NCBI GenBank assembly: GCA_018398765.1
Contig: JAHBMJ010000374.1
Coordinates: forward strand, 1-49,593
Source: Chromera velia
Taxonomy: Eukaryota
DNA length: 49,593 nt
Direction of reading: 5' to 3'
The notes beneath the pieces were generated by a model. That model had not been told where the DNA came from. It made no database searches and saw nothing but the letters and a program-made list of their open reading frames with translations. Every line of letters begins with the position of its first letter. Within the stretch, counting starts at the first letter, position 1. Shown here piece after piece: positions 27,454-40,429 of the stretch. Made by a program: the position numbers and the translations under genes.

Positions 27454-30205
27454 CACATAGAAAGGAAAGAAGGAAGAAAATTTAAAGATAGCAAGATAAG
27501 AAGAAGAAGAAACGCAAGCCAGCCAGCCGACGGACCCGCCAGCCGCACATGGAACCCGTCTGCCAGGAGAGACCCGTAGCACAGATTTTCTGCTAGACCG
27601 AAGTCGACCTGCATGCAGAAATGCAGCAGGAAGGAAGGAATGAAGGAATGAAGGAAGGAAGGAAGCGATTGGTCGAGATCGACAGACAGACAGACTAGAT
27701 GTTCCTTCTTCTCCCTTTTTTCTTCACATACATAACAGACAGACAGACAGACAGACAGACTACATGTTTCTTCTGCTTCTCCCTCCTTTTCTTGATGAAC
27801 ACAACAGACAAAAAGAAAGAAAGAACAAAGACAAAAGAACATCACCAACAATCAAACAGCATGGGCAGGGGGCCCGAAAGGTGCGAGTTAAGCGCCCCTT
27901 GCCTCTCCACCTCTCGACAGACTTTCACGTGATCACTGGGTGTATGATCATACGCTAATCCTCTGCTGCTTCCACTCAAGACCAGAAATACAGACCGACA
28001 GACAGACAGGAAGTCAGGAAGAAGAGAGGAATGTGGTGAGGGGGTCATGGCCGCTTAGAGCAGTGTGAGGGTGTTCGCGTGATGTGAGGTGAGTGAGAAG
28101 AGAAGAAGGAAACGACATGACCAGAAAAGACAAAGACCGGCAGATGGACAGACAGACACACATAGGAAAGCCTGAAGAAAGTCGGGTCCGCACGTACTGC
28201 CTCCCTCCCTACCTATACTTCCTCTTTCCATTCCTTTTCTCTTCTGCTTTCCGAACCATCTCCTGCGAGAGAGCCCTCTCATTGGTCATGCTTCCCTCGT
28301 CCTGCTCTCTCGCTTTCCACTCACCTCCTCTCCACTTTCGATCGCTGCGAGTCGGGCTTTGAACGTTTTGCCTGCCGGCAGGGAGGCAGGGAGGCAGTGT
28401 GTGGGAGTCGGTCTCATTTCGTCTTTCTGTGCGAACCACTTCTTTTTGAAATGCACGGCTCTGGCTCCCCTGAAACTCTTTGTATCTCTTTTTTTTGGCG
28501 GCAGTACTCGTGATCGCCCCCTTTTCAAAAGGGAGGTCTGTCTGAATCAATCAATTTTCATTGAATGGCCGATTTTCTGTTTTAAAGATTGACAGTGACG
28601 CCGATCAGACGTGAAGTCCGAAAAACAATTGTTGTTTTGCAACTATCTCGCGTGCTTACACGGGCGCGCAACAGGAAAGGAAAACAACAAAGAGACGCAC
28701 ACGCATAAAGAAATAAGGAATGGGAGAGAGGTATTTTCCGTCCATCCACGCATGTGATTTCTCTTCCTTCCCTTCGCTCCACTCCTTTGAAGTGCCCCCC
28801 CCCCGCAGACCTACCGATGGTTGGATGCGGCTGGAAGCTCTCAGGCAACGTGCAGATCTTCTCGCCAATGCGCTTCAGCCAGTCGAGCTCGACGCCTTCA
28901 CCCAGAAACAGAATGGCGGTGTTTTTATTCAACCAACACCTTTGTGCAAAAAGAAAAAGAAGCGAGCAAATCAAATGCAGACGATCAATCGCCCTGCATA
29001 TCCACCCTGCCTCCTCCAACAAGGGAGTAGAGGAAAAAAGAGAATGGATACAGCAAGCAAGGAACAAAGGAAAAACAGAACAACAGACACATGGAGCTCT
29101 GCAAACCCGAAGGAAAAGAGTCAATACGAGTCAGCCGTACAAAGAGAGAGAACAAAGAGCAAAGAGAGAAAAGACAGCCCTGCCTGCCGGCCTTACAGAG
29201 GAGAGAGGAAAGCAGCTCGACATTCAACCATCATCCATGCGTCCATCCCTCACTCTCTGACTCCGTCTCTCCCTCTCCCATCCACACAAACCCACATCCA
29301 CACCCACACCCAACCCCCNCCCCCCCACACACAATAGATACATACACGTGTGTGTGTGTGAGAGTGTGTGTGTCTAACGATCGACAATTTCTAGCCACGT
29401 CTGCCCCTCCCCCCTACCTGTGGGTCTCTGTTGAGCGATCTGGAGGGGCGTCTTCATGTGAGCCCACTGCGGCTGGTACTCTGCACACACACACACACAC
29501 ACACACACATGCATTTGGACATTCATGCAGTCGCACACAAAGAGTCTTGCTTCAAAACTCGTCGACAAAAGTCCACTAGATACATTGTTGCACAGACAAC
29601 ATGGCCGAGGAGGGGGGAATAGGAGGACAGCCTCTGCCCTCTTCCCCCCCGCTTCTCCCTTTCAGTGAGGTGACGAGAGCGGGAGGAGAGGGAATTTTCT
29701 TTTCAACATTGAGGGGAGAAATAAGAGAAGAGCCGAGACAACATCTCATCTCATTCTTGTTCGGCAGGACTCTAGAATCGCCTAGGTCCTCCCTCTCTCC
29801 CTTGTTTCTTGCTTCCTTTCCCTTCCCATCCTGCATGCATCCAGGCATGTGTGTGTTTGTGTGTGTATGTGTGTGTGTCCTGTTTGTCCTGTCTTTTCTT
29901 GTCTGCATGTCACCGTCAACGTGCACCAACAAGCAAGCAATCAAGGAGGCGTGTGACCTCGACTGCATGGATGAATAGACAGCAGTCAGAAAGTGAGTGA
30001 GGGAAAGAGCAACTAACTGAGTCCCCCTTTTTGTTTCTCTCTCTCTTGTGTCTTTGCTGTCCTTGTTGCTGGACAAAGGAGCTAACCACACAAAAGGACA
30101 AACGAACAGAAGTACGGACGGACGGACCGAAGATAGAGTTATCCTTCGGGTCGAATTCCTTCGATCTCTCATACTCCCTGTACACACACACACACACACA
30201 CATAT

Positions 30206-30255
<50 letters not shown>

Positions 30256-31707
30256 TACGGCGCCGGGGAGGGGGTCCCCGTTCAAGAATGAACAACGGGA
30301 ATAATAAGGAAAATACGGGCGAGAGAAAGCCACAGAATGTAGCTGTGTTTCCCTGGTGCAAATTCTTGTCTCGTCCACAGAGACATAAAGAAAAGGCAGA
30401 GAAGTAAACGAACGGAAAGGCAGAAAAGGGGTGAAGGATTTGACTCATTTGCTGCCTGCCTGCCTGCTTGGCTGTTTTTCTGGCTGGATGGAACTGTTGG
30501 GAAGGAAAAGCTTGCATGACTTTGGTTGCTCTTCCCTGCTCTTTGCTTTCTGTCTCTTGAACAACTAGAAGGGAGACAAAAAGAAGGGGAAACCGAAGGC
30601 TCTCTCTGGTCTTCCTTCTTTTTTTCTGCGTACACGCACGGTCAGTCAGTAGAGAATGTGTGCCCAATTTCCTTCTTTTCTTTCCTACACCACGCTTTCT
30701 TAGCACCCTTACAATCCCTGTTCTTCCCTCAAAAAACTCATGCAATCCCTTCCTGCAGCGCCGCCGCGGGAATTCACTCACTCACTCACTCACTCACTCA
30801 CTCACGTCGAGTAGAACGAGAAAATATCCTTCTTGATGGCCTCAACGTCTTCGTCACTCACAACCCCCTCCTGCAGGGTTGTGGGCAGGGAGAGAGAGAG
30901 GAGGAGGGAGAGTACACATGCCACCCACTGGGGAGGGGGAGTGGGATACGGAAAAGCAGCGAAAAAGGAGAAACATCTATCGAATGCCGGTTTCCTGTTC
31001 TCGATCTTCCTGCCAACGACCTAGAAGTGCTACACCCGACTTCATTTCGTCATTCGCTTCACCTACACAGACAGATATGCGCATGTTGTTGCCACTCTGG
31101 CTTCTTCGACTGGCTGCATGCAGCTGTCTCACCGACCCACCCACCCACCGACCCACCGACCTGGACGAGCTGCTTGGAGTACTTGTCGAATACAGGAGGG
31201 TGCTTTGCGATCAGGTTGTACATGCGTGGCTGGGTGAACTTGGGCATGTCCAGCCTGCAGTCCCGGGTACGTTGCGAGTCACGCTTTTGTTGTGTTGTCG
31301 TGTTATGACAGGCAACACGGGGGCACAACCACACCTGAATAAGCTTGCTTTCCCCCGCCCCCCCNNNNNNNNNNNNNNNNNNNNNNNNNNNNNNNNNNNN
31401 NNNNNNNNNNNNNNNNNNNNNNNNNNNNNNNNNNNNNNNNNNNNNNNNNNNNNNNNNNNNNNNNNNNNNNNNNNNNNNNNNNNNNNNNNNNNNNNNNNNN
31501 NNNNNNNNNNNNNNNNNNNNNNNNNNNNNNNNNNNNNNNNNNNNNNNNNNNNNNNNNNNNNNNNNNNNNNNNNNNNNNNNNNNNNNNNNNNNNNNNNNNN
31601 NNNNNNNNNNNNNNNNNNNNNNNNNNNNNNNNNNNNNNNNNNNNNNNNNNNNNNNNNNNNNNNNNNNNNNNNNNNNNNNNNNNNNNNNCCCCCCCCCCCC
31701 CCCCCCC

Positions 31708-31762
<55 letters not shown>

Positions 31763-33278
31763 CGAGCAAGCAAGCGAGCAAGAAAAAAAGAAAGAAAGAA
31801 AGAAAGAAAAAAGACGACGAGGGAATAGGGGGAGGAAGCTGAGACGGAAACAGAAAGCAACAATGCCGCGAAGAAAAGAAAAAAAAAAAGAATCCCAGAT
31901 CATCTTGCACCTCCCCTGCCCCCTATCCCCTGCCCACTAACTGACTGACTGACTCGTTGTGTCCATATCTTCTGTATCCCACCAGGTCGATGAAGACGTC
32001 CTGTTGGAATCTTTGCCTGCATCCTCAAAACGTTTTTCTTCTTTCTTTGGTTCTTTCCGTTTTTATTTTCATTTGTTTGCTTGCTTGTTTGTTTGTTTCT
32101 CTCTCTCTCTCTCTGTGTGTATATATTCATACACATCTTATCATCATCCAACCAACCGCATGGCTTCAGTGTGTCAGAACAGAAGAGGGGCAAAAGTTTG
32201 CAATTCAGGATGGGCGACTGCATGCCTGTTCATCCAAGAGACAGGCAGGAGTCAAAATCCATGCCGTCTGGCTTTCCTCGTCTTTCTCTCTCTTTATCTG
32301 CCTATCTGACTGACTGCCGGTCTGTGTGTCTCTATGAAACCCCCCCTTCCCCCGATCGCACAGAAATCTGGTAACCATCCTTGCCGCGGCCTCTGCACCC
32401 ACCTGTACTCAAGCGCCAGCTCAAAGACGAACGTCACGGCCTCAGGGTCGTCTGCATCCGTCCATCCATCCATCCATGCGGTCAGTCAGTCAGTGACCCA
32501 GTCAGCTATTCGTTTTCGAAAGTTAGAGGAAGACAGAAGGAAGGAGTGACGACAGAAGTTTTTACCGTGTGCATTCTGTGAGGAAATTCACCGACCGTTC
32601 AGAGTGCTCGGCAACTATTCGTCCTTTCCTTCCTTCCATGACCGGGGAAAATAGGGAATTGCAAAATTCTGTGCAAAGAAACACTCCACAAACAACCCTT
32701 TTTCTTTCGTATTTTCGTCACACTCTCTACCTCTTTTTTCCCTTCTCTCTCCGCTACCTCGTCTCAGTCTTTCTTGCTCTGTTCTTCTTTGCTCAGACCT
32801 CGCCCTCTCTTTGTGCATCTGCATGTGTGTGAGCAGAAAGAAAAGAAAAGAAGAAAGAGAAAACCCCAAACAAATCCGACCTGCGTTGACGTGAAAAATC
32901 GGCGCCTCCAGAGCCTTTCCCAGATCTGAACAGGAACCAAAGAAGAAAGAAGCAAAGAAAGGAAAAAAGTCATGAATCGCCTCACAAACACGTCAACGAA
33001 ACGCCCGCCACGCAGGCACGGCCAAACAAACATGAACCGACACTGACGCGTACACAGACGCAAACAAGTGAAGCGCGCTCAAAAACGTCTAGCAGAGGAG
33101 CCAAACACACGCGGAAACGCACGCAGGAAAGGGCGGCGAGTGACAAAAGGCGGACAGACAAGTTGCAACTAGGCACCAGTACGCAAAAACAAATTGGCGC
33201 AGTCCTATCATCTGCCTGCAGACAGACTACATATTTCTTCCTTTTTCCTGCTTCTCAGGAAGACACTCAGACAGACAC

Positions 33279-33354
<76 letters not shown>

Positions 33355-35520
33355 GGAAAGACCTGTGCAATACTTCCCGCTGCCGGAGTCCACCGGATTC
33401 GTCGTGAATCCCACCTGCATGCATGCATGGTCACAGTATGCATCGGAGCTCTCATAGGGGACAGACACTCTCTCTCCATTTGAAACTGCGAGAGTGAATG
33501 CGTGTTTTTTTGGAAACTAAGAAAGCAAGGAGAAAAGAGAAGAGAAGAGCCAACGAAAGAGAAAAGTGAAGGAGAGATGGATGACCATACAGCAGGAGGG
33601 AGGGAGGGAGGGAACATACACAGAACGTGATCCGGATTGTCCCCGATTTTGGCTCTGAAACAAATTTTCTCTGCATTGATTCTCACATGTGTGCCAACAA
33701 CTCGTTCCCCCAAACAAACGGACCCATGCACTCCACTCCCCCCTACCTACCTGGTTGTTGACCACCAGGTGCAGAGTCCCTCCGACTTCGTAGTTGGGGA
33801 TCCGGGACATCTGAGCCGTCTCGTACACCACGCCTTGGCCTGGCTCGAAAGTGAAGGGGAAAGTGAGTGGAGGGAGAATTAAGGCAAGTGAGTACCGAGT
33901 TTGCATATTAATGGGTGAAGTGCCCACATCGATCGAGGAGCAAAGGACGGACAATGAAATGACATGCACTCACGAAGGTGAAAGCCCCATGCAGCAGACC
34001 AATGGTCCGAAGGAAAGGAATTACAGGCACGCTATCTGTTTTCTCTTTTCCTTTCTTCTTCACGCAGACACAGAAAAAGAGAAAGCACAAAACACAAAAG
34101 AATGACACGGTCCCTCAGACAACGTGGGAAGGGGGCCCGCACAGACAGGCAGGCAGGCAGAGATCCGGACAGAACTGCCCTCCAAAAAAAACACCCAGCA
34201 TCCCTTCTCCGCTTCCCTCCTCTCACCTTCCTTCCTTGCTTCCTGTTCAACCAACCAACCAACCAACCGACCAACCAACCAACCAACCGACCAACCAACC
34301 AACCAACCAACCAACCGACCAACCAACCAACCAACCAACCAACCGACCAACCGACCAACCAACCAACCAACCAACCAACCGACCAACCAACCAACCAACC
34401 AACCAACCGACCAACCAACCGACCAACCAACCAACCTACCAACGAACCAACCAACCGACCAACCAACCAACCTACCAACGAACCAACCAACCGACCAACC
34501 AACCAACCAACCAACCAACCGACCAACCAACCAACCGACCAACCAAACCAACCAACCGACCGACCAACCAACCAACCAACCAACCAACCGACCAACCAAC
34601 CAACCAACCGACCAACCAACCAACCTACCAACCAACCAACCAACCGACCAACCAACCAACCAACCAACCAACCGACCAACCAACCAACCGACCAACCAAA
34701 CCAACCAACCAACCGACCGACCAACCAACCAACCAACCAACCAACCAACCGACCAGCCAGCCAACCAACCAACCTGCGAAGGCCGCGTCTCCGTGGAGGG
34801 TCACAGGCAGCACGCGCTCTCGAGTCTTGTCACCTGCAACCACGAAGAACAGGACAAAAGACAGAAAAAACATCCATCGAGAGTTCGTAAATGAGAGGGA
34901 AATGACCTTGTACAGCGAATGCAAACTCTGCCTCTCTCTCTCTCTTTCTCAGGCAAAAAAAAAAAGGCTCCAGAAAGCCCCGAATGAAGCAGACCAGCGT
35001 CTGCACCCCCTCCCCTTTCGAAAACGGCTAGCAAGGCAGACCAACCCTCCCACCCACCCACCTGCGTAGTACTGCTGTGCACGCGCCTGCCCAACGACCA
35101 GAGGATTCACGGCCTCCAGGTGAGACGGATTGGCCAGCACGCCCATGTGAACGAACCGCTGTCTGCAGACAGACAGGAAGGACAAGGGGAAAAGCGGAAG
35201 GGAAAGAAAAAGAAGGAAAAGATATGCAGGGAGGACCCATGCGTGTTACTCTGAGCAGACCCCATGCATCCATCCAGGGGGAAAAACACACACGCGTCCG
35301 TGGAGGAGGGAGCTTTGTACCGATGTGACACACAGGCAACAACACCTTTTCCGAGTGCGAGTGCACCTTGTCATCGGAAGCCTGTAAGTGATGACATCAG
35401 GCGCTGAGTCACGCGCCTTGCCATCGGCATAGGGGAAAGGAGGTGAAGCAAAGGAAAAAACAATCCTCCCTCCTTAGACGCAAAAGCTGTTCTCCATTCC
35501 TCTCCGTACCTGCCCGATAC

Positions 35521-35565
<45 letters not shown>

Positions 35566-36867
35566 CCTCTTTGTGTATGTGTGTATGTGTGTGTGTCTGT
35601 GTGGGTGGGTGCACGTGTACACTCGAGAGAGAGACTGACGCGTCATCGTCCCAGTGATCGTACTCAATGCCAAGGTGATATTTCACGTCTCCTGCGAAGA
35701 CAGGAAGTGGAGAACAAACAAAAAGTATGAATCTAGACGGGGAGGCTCAACTCAGAGCTGCGAGCGAATTGGACAGCTGGACAGGAGAGATGCTGCACGA
35801 AGGAAACAGAAAGGATCAGGGCCGTCGATCGATCTCCAGAGAGGCCAAAGAAAAGAATCCGACACACATTCTTTCTCCCCCTTCTCTCTCCATTTGTCTT
35901 CCACTCTGCCCTTCTCTTCTCTTCTCTTCTCTTCTCTGACAGTTGTGACACGCTTCGATACTGCACGGACTGACAGGCCCACGGTGAGTCATGTGGATGT
36001 TGAATTTTCTTTACTTCGGGATTTTGCACAACGCCTGGTTGAGAGTTGAGCTACACGACGACGCACCTCCGGCACAGCTCTCCACTCATTGACTGACTGA
36101 AGGAAGGGTGAGGAGAGAACCCCCTCCCCGGCTCAGACTACAGAGCCCCAACCAATCTGACAGACAGACAGACCTACCGGTGTTTCCCCATTCGGTCCCC
36201 CCGAATCCTGACAGACAGACAGACAGACAGACAGAGAGACAGACAGGCACCAAGAAGGACAGCGAAACGCAGAGGGAGAAAGAGGAGTGAAAGAAAGGGA
36301 TGCCCCGTGAAATAAACAAAGTGCGCGCTGGGTTTTCCGCTGACTTCAGGGAGCAAGGCGCAGAAAGAAGCGCACGAAAAGATCAGTTCAAAATAAGGCA
36401 AGACAGGCGAAGGCAGGGAGAGAAAAGTGAAAAAAAGAAAAGAGATACGAGTGAAAAAAGAAACCAATTGAGGCCGAGCAGTCTGGAAGGAACGAAAAAA
36501 AGAAGCGGCGTTGAGGGGAAAGAAAGCAAAGCATACCAAACAAAAAAAACCAGTCATTGCCTCCTCATTCGTCTGCCGATGGTTCGATGGATGGACAGAC
36601 CAACCACACGATCAATGACGGACGCGTTCATATTCAAAGATCGACAGAAAGTAGAGAAGAAAAGCAATGCATATGCAGATGGATATTTGAATCCATTTCA
36701 AACTGGAGACCCCCAACAGGCACAGGCAGACGCTGAGGGTATTGAACGAAGTAGAAGAGCAGAAAGGACAGGAGAGGGGAAACATGGACTGGATTGCCTT
36801 CTCAATCCAGACAGGCAGGCTCTGCACCGGCAGACAGACTCGCACACGGACCTCCAGACAAACAAAG

Positions 36868-36906
<39 letters not shown>

Positions 36907-38076
36907 GTGACTCCCTGGAACTCCGCCATCATCTGATTCATCGGTTTGTGCATAACGTTCATCAGCATGTTCAGCCGGCCCCTGCACCCATCCATCCATC
37001 CATTTAGTTATTCATTCATTCATCCAACCATTCATACATTCATTGATTCATTCATTCATTGATTCATTCATTCATTCATCGAGCTTTACCTTCTCATTCA
37101 CACATTCATGCAGTGCGTCAGCCAGTCTGTCTCCCTGGCTGCCGGAGCAACAAACTTTCCGTCGGACTTGTGAAACGCTGACAGAAGATGAAATGTAACG
37201 GGAACAGCCGATCATCTTCAAACTGGCAGGCAGAGTTCCTTTTGGCGCAGCGAAAAATGCATGGCCTTGCCGTATGGTCACAGGGACGTACAGACAGATG
37301 CGATGACTCACTGACTGCGTGAAAAAATGAATGACTACAAGCACGAATTTGTCAGAAGCTATCGAAGCATGGCTAGGTACAATGAATCAGCTCAGGCACA
37401 GACCCCCTGACTGACTGACCGATGCGGCATTCCGATGACGATAGAGTCCACTCCCATCTTTGCTGCCTGCACAAGGAAGGACACAGAGACAGAGGCGGAG
37501 AGAGGGAAAGAAAAGATTGCCACACCAAACGTTTGATCATGATCCCCTCAAGGTTCGCTGAACATGGGTCAGTTGCCTCTGGCTGTGTTGCCTCTGCCTG
37601 CCGATGCTTTGTAACCACGTGTGCATGCCTGGTTTATGTCTCTCCGTCTCTCGCCATCCCTCCTTTGGTTCAATTTGCGTGTGCACCTACATGTGTGCTG
37701 TCTGTATCTCCCGTCCAGCCACTCAGTCGCCCCCGCTGCCTCTGCCCTCCCGACTGACAAAGTGACTGTCTGTCTGTCTGGTTGTTATCCACAATTAATG
37801 AGTGCCTCCCACTTTTAGACCAGGAGACGTCGAGAGAAATAGTTCTCAGTTCTTCTGAGTTGTCTGACTGCGTTCTTCTCTTTTTCTGGTGCACGGGTCG
37901 GGTGCAGACAGCCTTGAGGTACAAGGCACAAGACCTTCTTCCTTTCTCTCTCTCTCTTTCTCTCTCTGTCTGTCTTTGGCTCTCTCTCGATCTCTCTGTC
38001 TGTCTTTTACTCTCTCTCTCTCTTTCTCTCTCTGTCTGTCTTTTGCTGTCTCTCTCGATCTCTCTGTCTGTCTTTT

Positions 38077-38118
<42 letters not shown>

Positions 38119-38355
38119 GTGCTGTCTCTCTCTGTCTGTCTGTCTTTTTTTGCTCTCTCTCTCTCTCTGTCTGTCTCTCTTTTGCTCTCTCTCGATCTTC
38201 CTCCTGTCTATCCTCCCATCCCAACCGCCAACCTTTTTGGACATCGCCTTGAGGCCTACGATCATCGTTTCGGAGCCGTCGAGGCCAAATCTCTTGGAGG
38301 TCGAGAACTTCGTGGCGCAGAATTGCTCGAACAGTTGAGCTCGAGCAGTACGCAC

Positions 38356-38438
<83 letters not shown>

Positions 38439-39456
38439 CAGAGACAGACAGACAGACGTACATACAAACATCCAAAATTGCGCGAACAACGGGAACTGGC
38501 CAATAAGGCACAGAACAGGCAGGGAAAAGCGGAATTCATTAATTGATGTTTCATGACCGGACACATCTTTTTATTCTGTGGGAGAGAAAAAGTTTGTTCC
38601 GGCATTGTCTGTTGTCTTCAATATTTGCTGCAACCAGTTCCTTCAATAGCGGCCCCCCTTTTCAACGCCTTGACACTAACACCTGAATGGAAAAAGCCAT
38701 GCGGGGGAGGAAACAGACGAAGACCCCACCCCCCCAAACCACCAGCTAGCTGCCCACCCAAGAATGAATGAAACCGAAACAAAAAACAAAAAAGGAACCG
38801 CCTCGACGAACTGACCGACCCACCCACCCACCCACCGACCAAGATTTTGCGTTTCAGTTCTGGAGAGAAGGCAAAATTTCGGGGCGTCTCGAGCGCCTGA
38901 AGGAAGGCACACACACAGAGGGGCAGGGCAGGCAGCCAGAGAGGGAAGTCGATGCCTCTAATGAGAGGATGAAGACGTCCGAAGAAGCGCAAGGAATGTC
39001 CCTATTTGTTTCGTCTCTTCAAGGACGGCGGAAAGTTTTCGTCTGTCCGGCTGGTTGCGAATCAATTAAGAGAGGAGACAGGAGTGGAGACAGCACAAGA
39101 CAGTCATGTAGCAAGGAAGGAAGGAAGGAAACAAACACAAGGGGAAGGAACGAGAAAGGCAGAAATAAACCCCAAAATAACAAAACCGGAGCTCGCATGA
39201 AGTTGTCAAGGAAGGAGGAGAGAGAAAATCAGTCCGGCTGATTCCTAGCTTCCCTCCTTAATTCATGAATACAGGCAGACAGCCAAGAGGAGAAAGATTG
39301 GGAGTGAGACTCATTTTCCCTCCCGCCAGCAAAGGAAACCGACCTGCCGCAAGAAGTTGCATACAGACTGATCGGTGATGTGCATGAACTCAACACCAAT
39401 CTGCAAACAGAAGCGTCAACAGAAGCGAAGGGGCGGGCAGACGGCTCAGCGAAAAC

Positions 39457-39498
<42 letters not shown>

Positions 39499-39870
39499 AC
39501 ACACTCACACACCCTCACTCACTCACACACACACACCCTCACTCACTCACACACACACACACACACACGCTCGCTCGCTCGCGCGCAGAGAGAGCGAGGG
39601 AGAGAGAGAAAGAGAAGAGAGCTGACGAATGTGCAGGAACGAGGTACCCTTTGATTGACAGATTGATTTGGTGCGGTGCAATCCGTGAAGAAAAGGTGAG
39701 GGGCGAACGAACGAACCGACCGATCCGCAGTAGGTCTCCTCGAGTCTCGTAGAGATCTCTCTGAGGCTCCTCGGAGTTCTCTCAGGGGACAAGAACCCGG
39801 TCATCCCAGGGACGCGACAGTCAAACGTCTGCATCACACGCGCAGACACAGGGGGTTGGATACATTTATG

Positions 39871-39945
<75 letters not shown>

Positions 39946-39949
39946 AGGG

Positions 39950-39980
<31 letters not shown>

Positions 39981-40390
39981 CACACACCTACCTACCTTAT
40001 CAAGATCGCTCTCCGTGAAGCCGTAGTATTTGTACCCGATGCCCACTGGCGGGTCCTTGCGGGCGAGGGGGACGAAAGGGGGGGAGCGGGGGAGGCCGAG
40101 AGGGTCCGTCTGGGCCAGCTCGTGGCCCCTGGTCTGGTATCCTCTCACCTGGATGCATGCATGTATGCACAGATGGATGTACGGATGAGAAATGGACTCA
40201 CTCGAACGTTTGTTTGTGCATTCGTTCGTTTCATGGCAATCAACAAAAGAACAAAAAGAATGGGTGAGTGACACTCGTACTGACTGAATGATGATGGGAG
40301 CACAAATGTTTAGGCCCTTTGTGATCTTTTCCCATGCACACCTGCACTTCTTCTTTCCATTATTGTTCACCGTTGCACCAGCTTTCTATT

Positions 40391-40429
<39 letters not shown>

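Noticed and set aside
29576..31940. ORFs of 260-401 aa, some spanning the N gap
   Set aside because: Inflated by Ns and microsatellites; the region is explained by OGDH exons 19-21 and their introns.
33978..35069. Long ORFs on both strands (PTNQ and VGWL repeats)
   Set aside because: They are translations of the stop-free (CCAA)n microsatellite inside an OGDH intron.
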